This document shows positions 47,585 to 56,175 of a stretch of DNA of 64,000 nt, piece after piece. Each line of letters opens with the position of its first letter. Position 1 is the stretch's first letter. The stretch spans positions 24,987-88,986 of the forward strand of contig CAYZRE010000002.1 of assembly GCA_964479835.1 (NCBI GenBank). The letters are read 5' to 3'. Below the pieces are notes generated by a model. That model ran no database searches, was not told the DNA's origin, and saw nothing but the letters and a program-made list of their open reading frames with translations. The DNA comes from an uncultured Candidatus Saccharibacteria bacterium. Lineage in GTDB: Bacteria; Patescibacteriota; Minisyncoccia; 2-02-FULL-40-12; GWA2-44-9. The position numbers and the translations under genes are program-made.

Positions 47585-47782
47585 CTAGATTAGCTGTAAG
47601 CGCTCAAGCTCGCTAAGGATTTTTTCAGAAAGTTCTGTTTTTGCCTTCACTTCAATAAATGCAACATCCCAAGTAATGGGTTTTTGTATTCCGTCTAACT
47701 CAATCACCAAAATAATCTCATTTCGGAGACTTAATGGAATGTTGGAGTAAACTCTTAGAAACCGTTCCCTGAGATCATCCAT
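47585..47782 (-). CDS. hypothetical small protein (first gene of island operon)
   Basis: 65 aa; sits 26 nt downstream of a perfect promoter. Confidence 0.4.
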   Translation of the reverse strand: MDDLRERFLRVYSNIPLSLRNEIILVIELDGIQKPITWDVAFIEVKAKTELSEKILSELERLQLI

Positions 47783-47808
47783 AAATAGTACTTTGTAATT
47801 GGGGAAGG

Positions 47809-47837
47809 ATTATACGCTATTTACTAGGGGGAATCAA
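47809..47837 (-). promoter_or_regulatory. sigma70-type promoter TTGATT-N17-TATAAT driving the island operon
   Basis: read on the minus strand; -10 TATAAT about 27 nt upstream of the ATG at 47782. Confidence 0.5.
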
Positions 47838-48068
47838 GATGGGATGAGCCTCTATATACTAAAATTTACCATTTTTGTGCCAGCAGGGACAAGGGGACAA
47901 CTAAGATGCGCGTGGCCATTTGCGAGCGCACCACCCGGGCCCTGGCATGCTCGCTTGCTGTACCAAAGCCGAGCGAACAGCGATGGCGACGTTACGCACC
48001 GGGAGCGGACAGGGCTTGGGTGGTAAGCGAGAACAGAAACCCCGCCGATTGGCGGGGTTTCTTCTGCG

Positions 48069-48611
48069 TTACCGTTTCGCCCATCTTGGACCCTTCCTCG
48101 CTTTTTTGAGACCGGGTTTCTTTCTTTCGACTTTTCTCGGATCGCGGGTGAGGAAACCTGCCTTCTTCAATTTCTTACGGAAATTCGCATCGAACAGCTC
48201 GAGACAGCGCGAGATGCCGTGGCGAACAGCGTCGGCCTGACCCGAGATACCGCCTCCGTTAACATGCGCGGTGACCTTGAAGCGCTGAAGCGATTTCAGG
48301 CGGCGGAGCGGTTGCTCGACGCGCAGAATGAGGTTCTTATCCAAAAAGTATGCGGCATAGTCCTTATCGTTGACGGTCATGAGCGCGGCATCCTCGGTGA
48401 GCTTGTCGCCCGACTTGCGGGTCATCAGGCGCACGCGCGCAACGGCTGTTTTGCGGCGGCCGACCGCTTCGAAATACTTCTCCTTGGCTCCCTCGGGAAG
48501 TTCTTCCAGTGTCATCGGGCCCAGCTCAATGTCATCATCGTCGCGAACAGTGTCCACGAAGGTGGGAGTGGCGGGCTTTACGGTGATTTCTTCGGGTTGG
48601 GTGGTTGCCAT
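48069..48611 (-). CDS. rpsI: 30S ribosomal protein S9 with N-terminal extension
   Basis: C-terminal GLKKARKGPRWAKR and RRKTAVARVRL core; about 45-aa acidic N-terminal extension. Confidence 0.85.
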   Translation of the reverse strand: MATTQPEEITVKPATPTFVDTVRDDDDIELGPMTLEELPEGAKEKYFEAVGRRKTAVARVRLMTRKSGDKLTEDAALMTVNDKDYAAYFLDKNLILRVEQPLRRLKSLQRFKVTAHVNGGGISGQADAVRHGISRCLELFDANFRKKLKKAGFLTRDPRKVERKKPGLKKARKGPRWAKR

Positions 48612-48615
48612 TATT

Positions 48616-48960
48616 TTATTTGACTAGGATGTGACTCAACAGCTTGTCGCGCTGGCGGTTCTCGGGAAGCATACCACGCACGGCCATACGCAGGACTTCT
48701 TTCTTGTCCTTGGCCCACATCTGCTCTAAGGTTGCTTCTTTCATACTGCCCGGGTACAGCGAGTGCTTGTAGTAGATGGTAGAGGTTGCCTTGGTGCCTT
48801 TGAACACAATTTTGTCGAGGTTATGCACGACGACCTGAATGTCGGGGAGGATGTTGGGCGTCCAGCCGGGTGTATCTTTGGCGCGCAACATAATAGCAAT
48901 CTTAGATGCCATTCTGCCTAACGACTGATTGGTTGCGTCGATTTCGATAACTTTGCTCAT
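48616..48960 (-). CDS. rplM: 50S ribosomal protein L13
   Basis: L13-like sequence. The ATG at 48960 (MSKVIEID) is preferred over the track start 48975, which would overlap rplQ. Confidence 0.85.
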   Translation of the reverse strand: MSKVIEIDATNQSLGRMASKIAIMLRAKDTPGWTPNILPDIQVVVHNLDKIVFKGTKATSTIYYKHSLYPGSMKEATLEQMWAKDKKEVLRMAVRGMLPENRQRDKLLSHILVK

Positions 48961-48964
48961 GTGA

Positions 48965-49312
48965 TTAGGAAACAAATTCTACAATCGCTACGGGCGAACC
49001 GTCGGACTGGCGTCGTCCCAGCTTGATGACACGAGTGTAACCCCCGGCGCGGTCGGCAAACTTGGGGGCGACTTCCTTGAACATCTTGGTTGCAGCCTCG
49101 GTGCCGACCTGCCGAAGCAGGAGTCGGCGACCTGCGAGTGTGCCGCGCTTGGCCTGCGTGACCAGCTTGTCGGCGACGGTCTTGAGCGTCTTGGCGCGGG
49201 CGGTGGTGGTGCGGATGCGGCCGTGGGTGATGAGCGCCGTCAACAGCCCCTTGAGAAAGGCTTTGCGTTGCTGCATCTCTCTTCCGAATACTCGCTTGTT
49301 ACCGCGTTTCAT
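48965..49312 (-). CDS. rplQ: 50S ribosomal protein L17
   Basis: MKRGNKRVFGREMQQRKAFLKGLLTALITHGRIRTT matches L17. Confidence 0.85.
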   Translation of the reverse strand: MKRGNKRVFGREMQQRKAFLKGLLTALITHGRIRTTTARAKTLKTVADKLVTQAKRGTLAGRRLLLRQVGTEAATKMFKEVAPKFADRAGGYTRVIKLGRRQSDGSPVAIVEFVS

Positions 49313-49347
49313 TGGGTGTGTATACTATCACGAAATTACGATATTGT

Positions 49348-50091
49348 CTACTCTTTTTTGGCTTTCTTCTCTTTCTTAATTTTCTTTGCCACGCGTGCCT
49401 CCTGCTCGGGGACGGCAATCTTGGCAACAAGCGCAAAGTGATCGGCAAGAATCGTGGCCGCTTCCTTCATCGCCTCTTCGGGCTGGACGGCGCCGTCGGT
49501 TTCGATTTCCATCGTGACCTTGTTGAAGTCGATGCGCTGTCCGACGCGGACATCTTCGATGCTGAAGTTCACCAGACGAACCGGTGAGTAGGCCGCATCA
49601 ATGGCGATAACGCCGATGGGCAGTTTCTCTTTCTGGCGCATCTCCACGGAGACATACCCGCGGCCCTTTTGTACCGTGAGCTCCATGTCCAGCTCGGCTT
49701 TCTTGTCGGTGAGCGTGCAGATGTGCTGGTCGCGGTTGATGAGCTCTACATCAGAGGTGAGTTGGATGTCGTCGGCGGTGACTTTGCTCTCGCCCTTGGC
49801 GATGAGTTTGACGGTGATGGGCTCATTGGAGAAACAGCGGAAGCGGAGCTTCTTGAGGTTGAGGATGATTTCAACGATATCCTCCTGTACCCCCGAGATG
49901 GCACCAAACTCGTGCTCTACGCCCTTAATCTTGATGGAGGTGACCGCAGACCCCTCCAGAGACGACAACAGCACGCGCCGGAGCGGGTTTGCTACGGTGG
50001 CGCCGTATCCGGGCATCAGAGGACCGATTTCGAACACGGCCTTGTTGCCCTCTTTCTTTACTACTTTTACTTCTTCGGGAAGCTGTATCAT
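49348..50091 (-). CDS. rpoA: DNA-directed RNA polymerase alpha subunit (NTD only, no alpha-CTD)
   Basis: alpha NTD dimerisation/assembly region recognisable; the protein ends at 247 aa with a Lys-rich tail, no alpha-CTD. Confidence 0.8.
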   Translation of the reverse strand: MIQLPEEVKVVKKEGNKAVFEIGPLMPGYGATVANPLRRVLLSSLEGSAVTSIKIKGVEHEFGAISGVQEDIVEIILNLKKLRFRCFSNEPITVKLIAKGESKVTADDIQLTSDVELINRDQHICTLTDKKAELDMELTVQKGRGYVSVEMRQKEKLPIGVIAIDAAYSPVRLVNFSIEDVRVGQRIDFNKVTMEIETDGAVQPEEAMKEAATILADHFALVAKIAVPEQEARVAKKIKKEKKAKKE

Positions 50092-50179
50092 TACGGGTGG
50101 TTTGGCACGTTCTCTGACTGTGAGGGGAGGAGGTTACGGGTCGGGATCTCCCAATCAGCGTTCGTGTTGTACCGGTTAT

Positions 50180-50824
50180 TTACCTTGAATAGTATTCGAT
50201 AATCGCCTGCAAGTCCGTCATCTGTACGCCGCTGGATTCCGCGGTAGGCGTGGACTTCATGGTGGCGTTCGGAATCGTCTTGTCGACTGCCAGCCAGTCA
50301 GGCGGGACATGCGTCTCAAACCAACGCGGCATCAGGGTACTGAAATAGGGGGACGCCATGGACTGCGGGCGAATGCCGATGACATCGCCGACACGCACGA
50401 CAATCGAGGAAGTCTTCGCGCGCTTGCCGTTGAGGGTGATGTGACCGTGACCGACGATTTGGTGCGCCTGATCGCGCGACTGGGCGAAGCCCATGCGGAA
50501 GACCACATTGTCCAAGCGCGTCTCCAGTGAGCGGATGACTGCCGTATATGCGGATTCCTTTTTCGTGTTTGCCAGCGCCTTCTTTACATACGCCTTAAAC
50601 GGCTTCTCCATCATGCGGTACATCTGGCGGACTTTTTGTTTACTGCGCAGTTGGGTGCCGTATTCGGACAGCTTGCGCGGGCGGCGTCCCGAGCCGTGCT
50701 GGCCGGGCGGGTACGGACGCTTCACCATCGCCGATTTTGGCGAGTTGGAGCGCTCGCCTTTGAGGCCGAGTCGTTCGCCGAGTCTGCGTTCTATTTTCTC
50801 TCGTGGTCCGGTATAGCGTGCCAT
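50180..50824 (-). CDS. rpsD: 30S ribosomal protein S4
   Basis: MARYTGPREKIERRLG N-terminus and S4 domain. Confidence 0.9.
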   Translation of the reverse strand: MARYTGPREKIERRLGERLGLKGERSNSPKSAMVKRPYPPGQHGSGRRPRKLSEYGTQLRSKQKVRQMYRMMEKPFKAYVKKALANTKKESAYTAVIRSLETRLDNVVFRMGFAQSRDQAHQIVGHGHITLNGKRAKTSSIVVRVGDVIGIRPQSMASPYFSTLMPRWFETHVPPDWLAVDKTIPNATMKSTPTAESSGVQMTDLQAIIEYYSR

Positions 50825-50827
50825 GGT

Positions 50828-51364
50828 TTATATTCTGCGGGGCTTAGAAGATTTCACGCCGTTATGCGGAACAGGGGTGCCGTCCATGATGGAACTAATG
50901 TTCATGCCAGTGCCTGCGACGCCGCGGATTGCGCTCTCACGGGCCGGGCCGACGCCTTTGACCACGATGCGGACATTGAGCAGGCCGAAGCGCTTGGACT
51001 TTTCGATGACATCCTTGGCGACGAGGTTTGCGGCATATGGGGTCGACTTCTTGCTTCCCTTGAAGCCCAACAGTCCCGCGCTGGAGAATGCAATCACATT
51101 GCCGCCCAAATCACTGATGGCAATAAGCGTGTTGTTGTATGAAATATTGATGTGCACGATGCCGTTGAGTACCTGCTTCTTGGCGGGCTTGACCGATTTC
51201 GGTGTGGCGATGGTCGCTTCAGTTGCTTCCGCAACCACAACATCCGCAGTTTTGGGCGATATAATGAAGGGTTCTTTGGCCGCCTTCGGCTCTTTAACCG
51301 CTTTGGGTTCCTTAACCGCCTTCGGCGCTTTGGTTACTTCAGATTTCTTAGGTGTAGTAGGCAT
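50828..51364 (-). CDS. rpsK: 30S ribosomal protein S11 with Lys/Pro/Ala-rich N-terminal extension
   Basis: S11 core (NGIVHINISYNNTLIAISDLGGN...). The N-terminus carries KAVKEPKAVKEPKAAKEP repeats; the ATG at 51364, just after the rpsM stop, is preferred. Confidence 0.85.
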   Translation of the reverse strand: MPTTPKKSEVTKAPKAVKEPKAVKEPKAAKEPFIISPKTADVVVAEATEATIATPKSVKPAKKQVLNGIVHINISYNNTLIAISDLGGNVIAFSSAGLLGFKGSKKSTPYAANLVAKDVIEKSKRFGLLNVRIVVKGVGPARESAIRGVAGTGMNISSIMDGTPVPHNGVKSSKPRRI

Positions 51365-51371
51365 TGGAGTA

Positions 51372-51758
51372 TCAAGTCTTCTCTGAAGCTTTGGAACGCC
51401 CCGAACCCATCGTGTGGCGGACATTGCCACGGGTCGTGCGACTGTTGGTCTTGGTGCGGCCTCTGACCGGGAGGCGTCGTGACAGACGCGAGCCGTGCCA
51501 GGTGCCCGTTTCTTTGTAGTGCTTCTGGTTTTCGCCGACTTCCTTGCGCAAGTCCCCCTCTATCTTATATGCGCGCTCGATAATCTTCTGGATTTTGCCC
51601 AGCTCCTCACCCGAGAGTTCACTGGCCTTTTTGTCGGGGTCAATGCCGGCGCTCTTGAGAATGATGCCCGAAGTCGTAAGCCCGATGCCGTACAAATACG
51701 GAAGCGAGTAGAGGATTTTCTTATTATCGGGAATGGTGACTCCAAAGATGCGAGGCAT
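51372..51758 (-). CDS. rpsM: 30S ribosomal protein S13
   Basis: MPRIFGVTIPDNKKILYSLPYLYGIG matches S13. Confidence 0.9.
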   Translation of the reverse strand: MPRIFGVTIPDNKKILYSLPYLYGIGLTTSGIILKSAGIDPDKKASELSGEELGKIQKIIERAYKIEGDLRKEVGENQKHYKETGTWHGSRLSRRLPVRGRTKTNSRTTRGNVRHTMGSGRSKASEKT

Positions 51759-51788
51759 GGTGGGTGGGTGGGGATAATTAATGGAAAA

Positions 51789-51902
51789 TTAACCTTGTCT
51801 TTGCTTATGCTTGGCAATCTTGCAAATGCAATACAGGCGCTTCTTGCGCCGTACGAGTTTGCAGTTCTTGCACATGGGTTTTACGGATGCTTGGACTTTC
51901 AT
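51789..51902 (-). CDS. rpmJ: 50S ribosomal protein L36
   Basis: 37-aa [40 protein letters not shown], not in the ORF track because it is shorter than 60 aa; C-x2-C...C-x-C zinc ribbon and KHKQRQG tail typical of L36; between infA and rpsM. Confidence 0.8.
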   Translation of the reverse strand: MKVQASVKPMCKNCKLVRRKKRLYCICKIAKHKQRQG

Positions 51903-51937
51903 GACACAATAAAATCGGCTGTCACACACTTATGCGA

Positions 51938-52165
51938 CTAATTGCGGTATACGATGCGGCCTCGGGCTTTGTCCGGGGAGAGCTCTAGGGTGACCTTGTC
52001 ACCCATCATGACCTTGATATAGCGCAGACGCATACGGCCCGCTAAGTAGGCCAGCACAAGAGTGCCGTCCTCGAGCTGGACGCGAAATGTGGCGTCCGGC
52101 AACGCCTCTATGACGCTGCCGATAACTTTTGGCTTTTTCTGGTCGTTCAAGGATGCGCTCCGCAA
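51938..52165 (-). CDS. infA: translation initiation factor IF-1
   Basis: 75 aa, S1-like OB fold, IF-1 pattern (GRMRLRYIKVMMGDKVTLELSPDKARGRIVYR). Confidence 0.9.
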   Translation of the reverse strand: MRSASLNDQKKPKVIGSVIEALPDATFRVQLEDGTLVLAYLAGRMRLRYIKVMMGDKVTLELSPDKARGRIVYRN

Positions 52166-52207
52166 AGCCCGACTATATTAGCAGACGGACCCCTTACTGT
52201 CAACGGC

Positions 52208-54157
52208 CTATTGGCCGCCCTCGTCGTACACGAGTTCTATCTCGATTTTGGCCGGGTTTGAGGGCACGGAACGGACCCAGAATGGCGACAGGGTGACGGT
52301 GGCCGACCGGATACCCTCTTTATCCTTGAAGTAGCTCTGGATATTTGCGGTATTCTTGCCGCCGATATCCTGCTTGATGGCGTCGGTATCCACCGGCGCA
52401 TACCCCATGCCCTTCACGGTGACGGTAAAGGTCAGGGTTCCCGAGTCAGCCTTGAACGAGATATCCGAGTACGAAAGCTCTAGCTTGTCGGGCATCACCA
52501 TGAGGCGCTCCCGCTTGAGGAAACTCTTTCGGATAAGCTCCCGAAGATCGGTACTTCGGAACGCGACCGTGGCGAGTGTCCCTGTGGCGGTTGCGGTGAC
52601 CGAGTCGGCGGCGTCATCAACCCGGGCCGAGCTTTGCGCATCCTTCATGACGGGCTTGTCGCCATCAAGCACCATGAGTTCGTCGCCCTGTGCCTCGAGC
52701 GCTTGTTTGATTTCTTCTTTGACTGCCGCACTGGCTGCTGCCGTTGCGTTTTCGAGGTCAACCGCCGTGACGACGGATGAAGGTCCGCTGACACCTCCGG
52801 TCATCGGCTGATCGGAGCGACCATAGAATTGCTTTACCTTATCCGTCTCGCCCTTTTCGACAAAGGCCATGATGGTAAAATTTCCGGCGGGTACATTGTA
52901 GGTCGGTCCGGGTTTGTCGGCGATGACATCCACGGTTGTGGTTCCTGCGACGGTCTTACCCGCGTTCACCGTACTGCCCGGCACCGTGACATTCTGCAGA
53001 GTCCGGAAGACTAACCCGTTTGATGATTGAAATCGTGTCGTCACGACCAGCGTCTGGGGCGAGGAAGAATATTCATTGACGACCGTCAGTTTGCCGCGCG
53101 CCTTGGATGCCACCTCGCGGTTGCCGGTTGCGGGGACCGTATTGGATGCGGTCTTGCTGACCTCCAACAGCTGTCCCGGGATTTTATAAAATGCATCGTC
53201 CACACTCGTGAATGCATCGGACGCCTGTACCGTGATTTGAGTATCCAGTGTTTTTCCGGTGGGAGCCAGCGCAACACGCGCCGAACCGGTTGTGGCGTAC
53301 ACGACCGAACCCAGGACGAGAAATGCGGCCAGCAGGATGCCGGCGATAACTTTCTTGGGAACAGATGCATCTCCGGCACTGCGCGCGGTCAGTGAGAATG
53401 AGCCGGCGAGCATATGGAAGAAACGGGTCATCAGTGACGGTCTGCTGGGAGTGACATTGAGTGTCGTTCTCCGGCCGTACCCGACTTTGTCGCGCCAAAC
53501 CGTATCTATGTAGTCCAGCTCCCGTGCGGTTTGCACGGGGATAGGGGCCGCTTTCTCGACACGCGATGACGGAGAGAGTGTTCTCTGCGGTACCCCGCCC
53601 CGTATGCCGTCTACCACAGACGCGAGCATCGCGGTGGATACATCTTCAGCATCAGGCTCATCGGCTTTGCCGTCTTTATTGTCATCAACCGGATTGCCCT
53701 CTTCATCCAGGACATGCATGTTGCGAAGCGGGTCGCCGTCGATTGCGTCGGAATCAATACTGTCGTTGCCCATCGTCGCGTCCGAAGTCATCGGAACTTC
53801 GCTGAATGCATCGTCTTGCTCGTCGCGGATTTCGGGGTCGGCCGGTGGCGGAGAGCTTGCCAGAACAGCGGGCTGACGGGCCGGAGCCACAGAGGCCGGC
53901 CTGTTTGGTTTCTGTGATGCGATAACGGTAAAGCCGAACTTCTTTGCTAAAACAGCTGTATCGGGATTTGGGGTAAGAACGGAGACGGTCTTTTTACCCT
54001 GACTCGCTTCGCTGGCAAATGCGGCGAAATGGTCTTCATGACGGAAGAGTCTGCCGTTGCGTGGCAAGACCAGAAATACTTCTCCCTCAGGCGCCTTTCG
54101 GAACAGCTCCAGAATCTCGTCGAAGGAGTCGTCCTTGAGAACATTGATAATCTTCAC
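52208..54157 (-). CDS. large hypothetical membrane protein (cytoplasmic N-domain, acidic linker, TM, Thr/Val-rich extracytoplasmic domain)
   Basis: The ORF track starts at an in-frame TTG (54241); an in-frame GTG at 54157 (VKIINVL...) is given as a conservative start. A GAGGTG-tccac-ATG just upstream is out of frame. Confidence 0.5.
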   Translation of the reverse strand: MKIINVLKDDSFDEILELFRKAPEGEVFLVLPRNGRLFRHEDHFAAFASEASQGKKTVSVLTPNPDTAVLAKKFGFTVIASQKPNRPASVAPARQPAVLASSPPPADPEIRDEQDDAFSEVPMTSDATMGNDSIDSDAIDGDPLRNMHVLDEEGNPVDDNKDGKADEPDAEDVSTAMLASVVDGIRGGVPQRTLSPSSRVEKAAPIPVQTARELDYIDTVWRDKVGYGRRTTLNVTPSRPSLMTRFFHMLAGSFSLTARSAGDASVPKKVIAGILLAAFLVLGSVVYATTGSARVALAPTGKTLDTQITVQASDAFTSVDDAFYKIPGQLLEVSKTASNTVPATGNREVASKARGKLTVVNEYSSSPQTLVVTTRFQSSNGLVFRTLQNVTVPGSTVNAGKTVAGTTTVDVIADKPGPTYNVPAGNFTIMAFVEKGETDKVKQFYGRSDQPMTGGVSGPSSVVTAVDLENATAAASAAVKEEIKQALEAQGDELMVLDGDKPVMKDAQSSARVDDAADSVTATATGTLATVAFRSTDLRELIRKSFLKRERLMVMPDKLELSYSDISFKADSGTLTFTVTVKGMGYAPVDTDAIKQDIGGKNTANIQSYFKDKEGIRSATVTLSPFWVRSVPSNPAKIEIELVYDEGGQ

Positions 54158-54259
54158 GGGGTAATAAGTATGATAAAGGTTGTAGTTCAGTATACCCTGT
54201 TCTCCTGCGAACTCAAACCCCCTGCCATGTGGACACCTCAAACCCAGCTACACCACATA

Positions 54260-54287
54260 TTGACTTTTCATGTCAATATGCTATAAT
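54260..54287 (+). promoter_or_regulatory. sigma70-type promoter TTGACT-N16-TATAAT
   Basis: consensus hexamers, followed by RBS AAAGGAGAG and an ATG at 54324. Confidence 0.55.
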
Positions 54288-54323
54288 AGAAGGTAGTTAC
54301 GGTTCATTAAAGGAGAGTGTAGC

Positions 54324-54479
54324 ATGCTCAAGAAAGCCGTGGTGTTCGCGGCGACGCACAAGCTGGCGTCGGCGGCATTCATATTGCTGCCGTTCGTCGG
54401 CACGGTCGTGGCAGCGGGTATCCTGGCGTACCAGAACCGACAGCGCGTCACGGCTCTGGGAACCGCGTGGAGGCACTGA
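54324..54479 (+). CDS. tiny membrane protein (51 aa)
   Basis: MLKKAVVFAATHKLASAAFILLPFVGTVVAAGILAYQNRQRVTALGTAWRH; consensus promoter plus strong RBS; missed by the ORF track (under 60 aa). Confidence 0.4.
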   Translation: MLKKAVVFAATHKLASAAFILLPFVGTVVAAGILAYQNRQRVTALGTAWRH

Positions 54480-54628
54480 TGGACGCCGTCATGTTGGGCC
54501 ACATCGTCGTGATCGCCCTCTGGGTGGTCATCCTCGTCCCGACGATTCGTGGCCTCGTGCACTTCTTTCGCACGACCCGTCTCGCCGACCTCGTGCCGCG
54601 CGTCACGCGCGTGCGAGTCGTCCGGTGA
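54479..54628 (+). CDS. tiny membrane protein (49 aa), translationally coupled
   Basis: MDAVMLGHIVVIALWVVILVPTIRGLVHFFRTTRLADLVPRVTRVRVVR; ATG overlaps the upstream stop (TGATG). Confidence 0.35.
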   Translation: MDAVMLGHIVVIALWVVILVPTIRGLVHFFRTTRLADLVPRVTRVRVVR

Positions 54629-54654
54629 CAAGTTAGTTCTCAACGGTCTCGCGC

Positions 54655-56175
54655 CTAGTGCGCGGGACCGTTATTTATTTCCGTTAGACCGTACAGCTTC
54701 CGCCAAATCGCGTACATGGCCTCGGTATCCCGTTCGCAGTATTTTTTCAGGTCGTTGGAAATTGTCGCACTCTCTTTGGCTGATGTCGCCGGAGAAACCA
54801 TCGTCCACCATGCGTCGGAGGCCTGCCCGCCTTCCTTGATACCAAGATCTTCGTAGCTTAACTCCGGCACCAGAGCCGGAAGTACTTTCTTAATCGAGGT
54901 ACTGCCTCTGAACGCCGGGTGAACATACTGTTGGTCTTGAAAAATCTCCCGAAGGTCGTAGAACATCGCGTTAATCCTATCGATGAACTCCCGGTGAGCC
55001 GGGAACCGGACGGCAAGTTCTTTGTTGACCCCGACTTCGAAAGACTTGTTCCAGGCGATGATGGTTCCACTCTGGCCGATGTGTTCTTCCAAGAGTGCCA
55101 GCACCGCCTCTGATGGGTCAGTCCGTTCTGCATTTAAATACTCAACATGCGTCAGTGTGCCGTCCGGATCTTTTAGGATATGCAGAGAGAACTGGAAAGG
55201 AATCCTCTGATACGGGCGGTATCGGTCAAATATCGGAATCGCAGGTGCAAAAGTCTCGTAGTCAAGAAACAACAGCGGGAAGGCCAGTTTCTCCAACTCC
55301 TTTCTGATGGCCTCGCGGTGTATCGTCGGCGTGCCGGACTGGTGTGCTCGGACCTGGTTCCACTGAATATCCGAAAGCGACATATCTTCGGGAATATCGC
55401 TCAAATCATACAACCCCCGCTCAACAAGGGATTCTAATTTCTTTTTACTCAACCCTATACGGGAGATATCGTGGACAGAATATGCCGGAACCTTTGGGTT
55501 CGAATGCCCGAAGGTGGTGCAGTGCCTGCTTCTTCCCTGATATAGGCACTCACATCCGCCTACCGGTTCGGTTTCACCGGTCAGATATTCCTTTGCGCCC
55601 CGCATCTGATCTTCGGTTGTCTGAAGTCGCTCGAGTACTTTTTCTGTCTCGTCATCAAGCACAAAAAGCTCCCGTATATTGAGCTCGCCGTCCCGGGTGT
55701 ATTCCTTATTCAGGTGAACGAGAAAGTATTTTCCGACTTCGATGTGAGAACGCTTCAGAACCGATGCCTGAAACGCGAGGTCATCGATGTGGTCGTGATC
55801 GGGTCCGTTTTCCTTAACCGAGTTAGTTCCCTTCACCTCATAGAGGTCCCATCGGTCATTGTCGGCGTTGTAGACGAGGGCGTCGTTGCGCGCAATAAAA
55901 CCGTCGACGATAAATGTCGCCTGAAAAATCGCCGGAACTTTCGTGGTCATAAAGCGCACCGTTTCCCGGCAGGCCTCCTCCCCCGTTGCCACAACCTCAA
56001 CACCGCCCGGAAACAGGTTGCGGGCATACGACTCAACCTCGTTGCCCTGCTCCATCAAATGCTTCTCAAAATCGGACAGTACAAAGTGTACGAGGAGTTC
56101 GGGTTTGTGAAGCTTCAACCAAACATTCTTCGAGCAGTAGAGATAATCAAGAAAAGTTGTTTTTGAGATCATCAT
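54655..56175 (-). CDS. DUF2779-like fused nuclease (N-terminal Cas4-like PD-(D/E)XK with Cys cluster + C-terminal DEDDy-like exonuclease)
   Basis: YLYC...RWDLYEVKG (PD-ExK) ...GGCECLYQGRSRHC cluster; C-terminal FLDYETF / YCERDTEAMY exonuclease-like motifs. The ATG at 56175 overlaps the dusB stop. Confidence 0.7.
   Translation of the reverse strand: MMISKTTFLDYLYCSKNVWLKLHKPELLVHFVLSDFEKHLMEQGNEVESYARNLFPGGVEVVATGEEACRETVRFMTTKVPAIFQATFIVDGFIARNDALVYNADNDRWDLYEVKGTNSVKENGPDHDHIDDLAFQASVLKRSHIEVGKYFLVHLNKEYTRDGELNIRELFVLDDETEKVLERLQTTEDQMRGAKEYLTGETEPVGGCECLYQGRSRHCTTFGHSNPKVPAYSVHDISRIGLSKKKLESLVERGLYDLSDIPEDMSLSDIQWNQVRAHQSGTPTIHREAIRKELEKLAFPLLFLDYETFAPAIPIFDRYRPYQRIPFQFSLHILKDPDGTLTHVEYLNAERTDPSEAVLALLEEHIGQSGTIIAWNKSFEVGVNKELAVRFPAHREFIDRINAMFYDLREIFQDQQYVHPAFRGSTSIKKVLPALVPELSYEDLGIKEGGQASDAWWTMVSPATSAKESATISNDLKKYCERDTEAMYAIWRKLYGLTEINNGPAH

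Noticed and set aside
47799-48240. ORF-track ORFs in the 47.8-48.1 kb spacer and antisense to rpsI
   Set aside because: This is a non-coding promoter region and an antisense shadow of the S9 gene; the translations are low-complexity (Arg/Ala-rich)
54229-54643. ORF-track ORFs 54229-54636 (+) and 54281-54643 (-)
   Set aside because: Low-complexity Arg/Ser-rich translations with no start signals, whereas the same DNA encodes two small TM ORFs in other frames behind a consensus promoter and RBS
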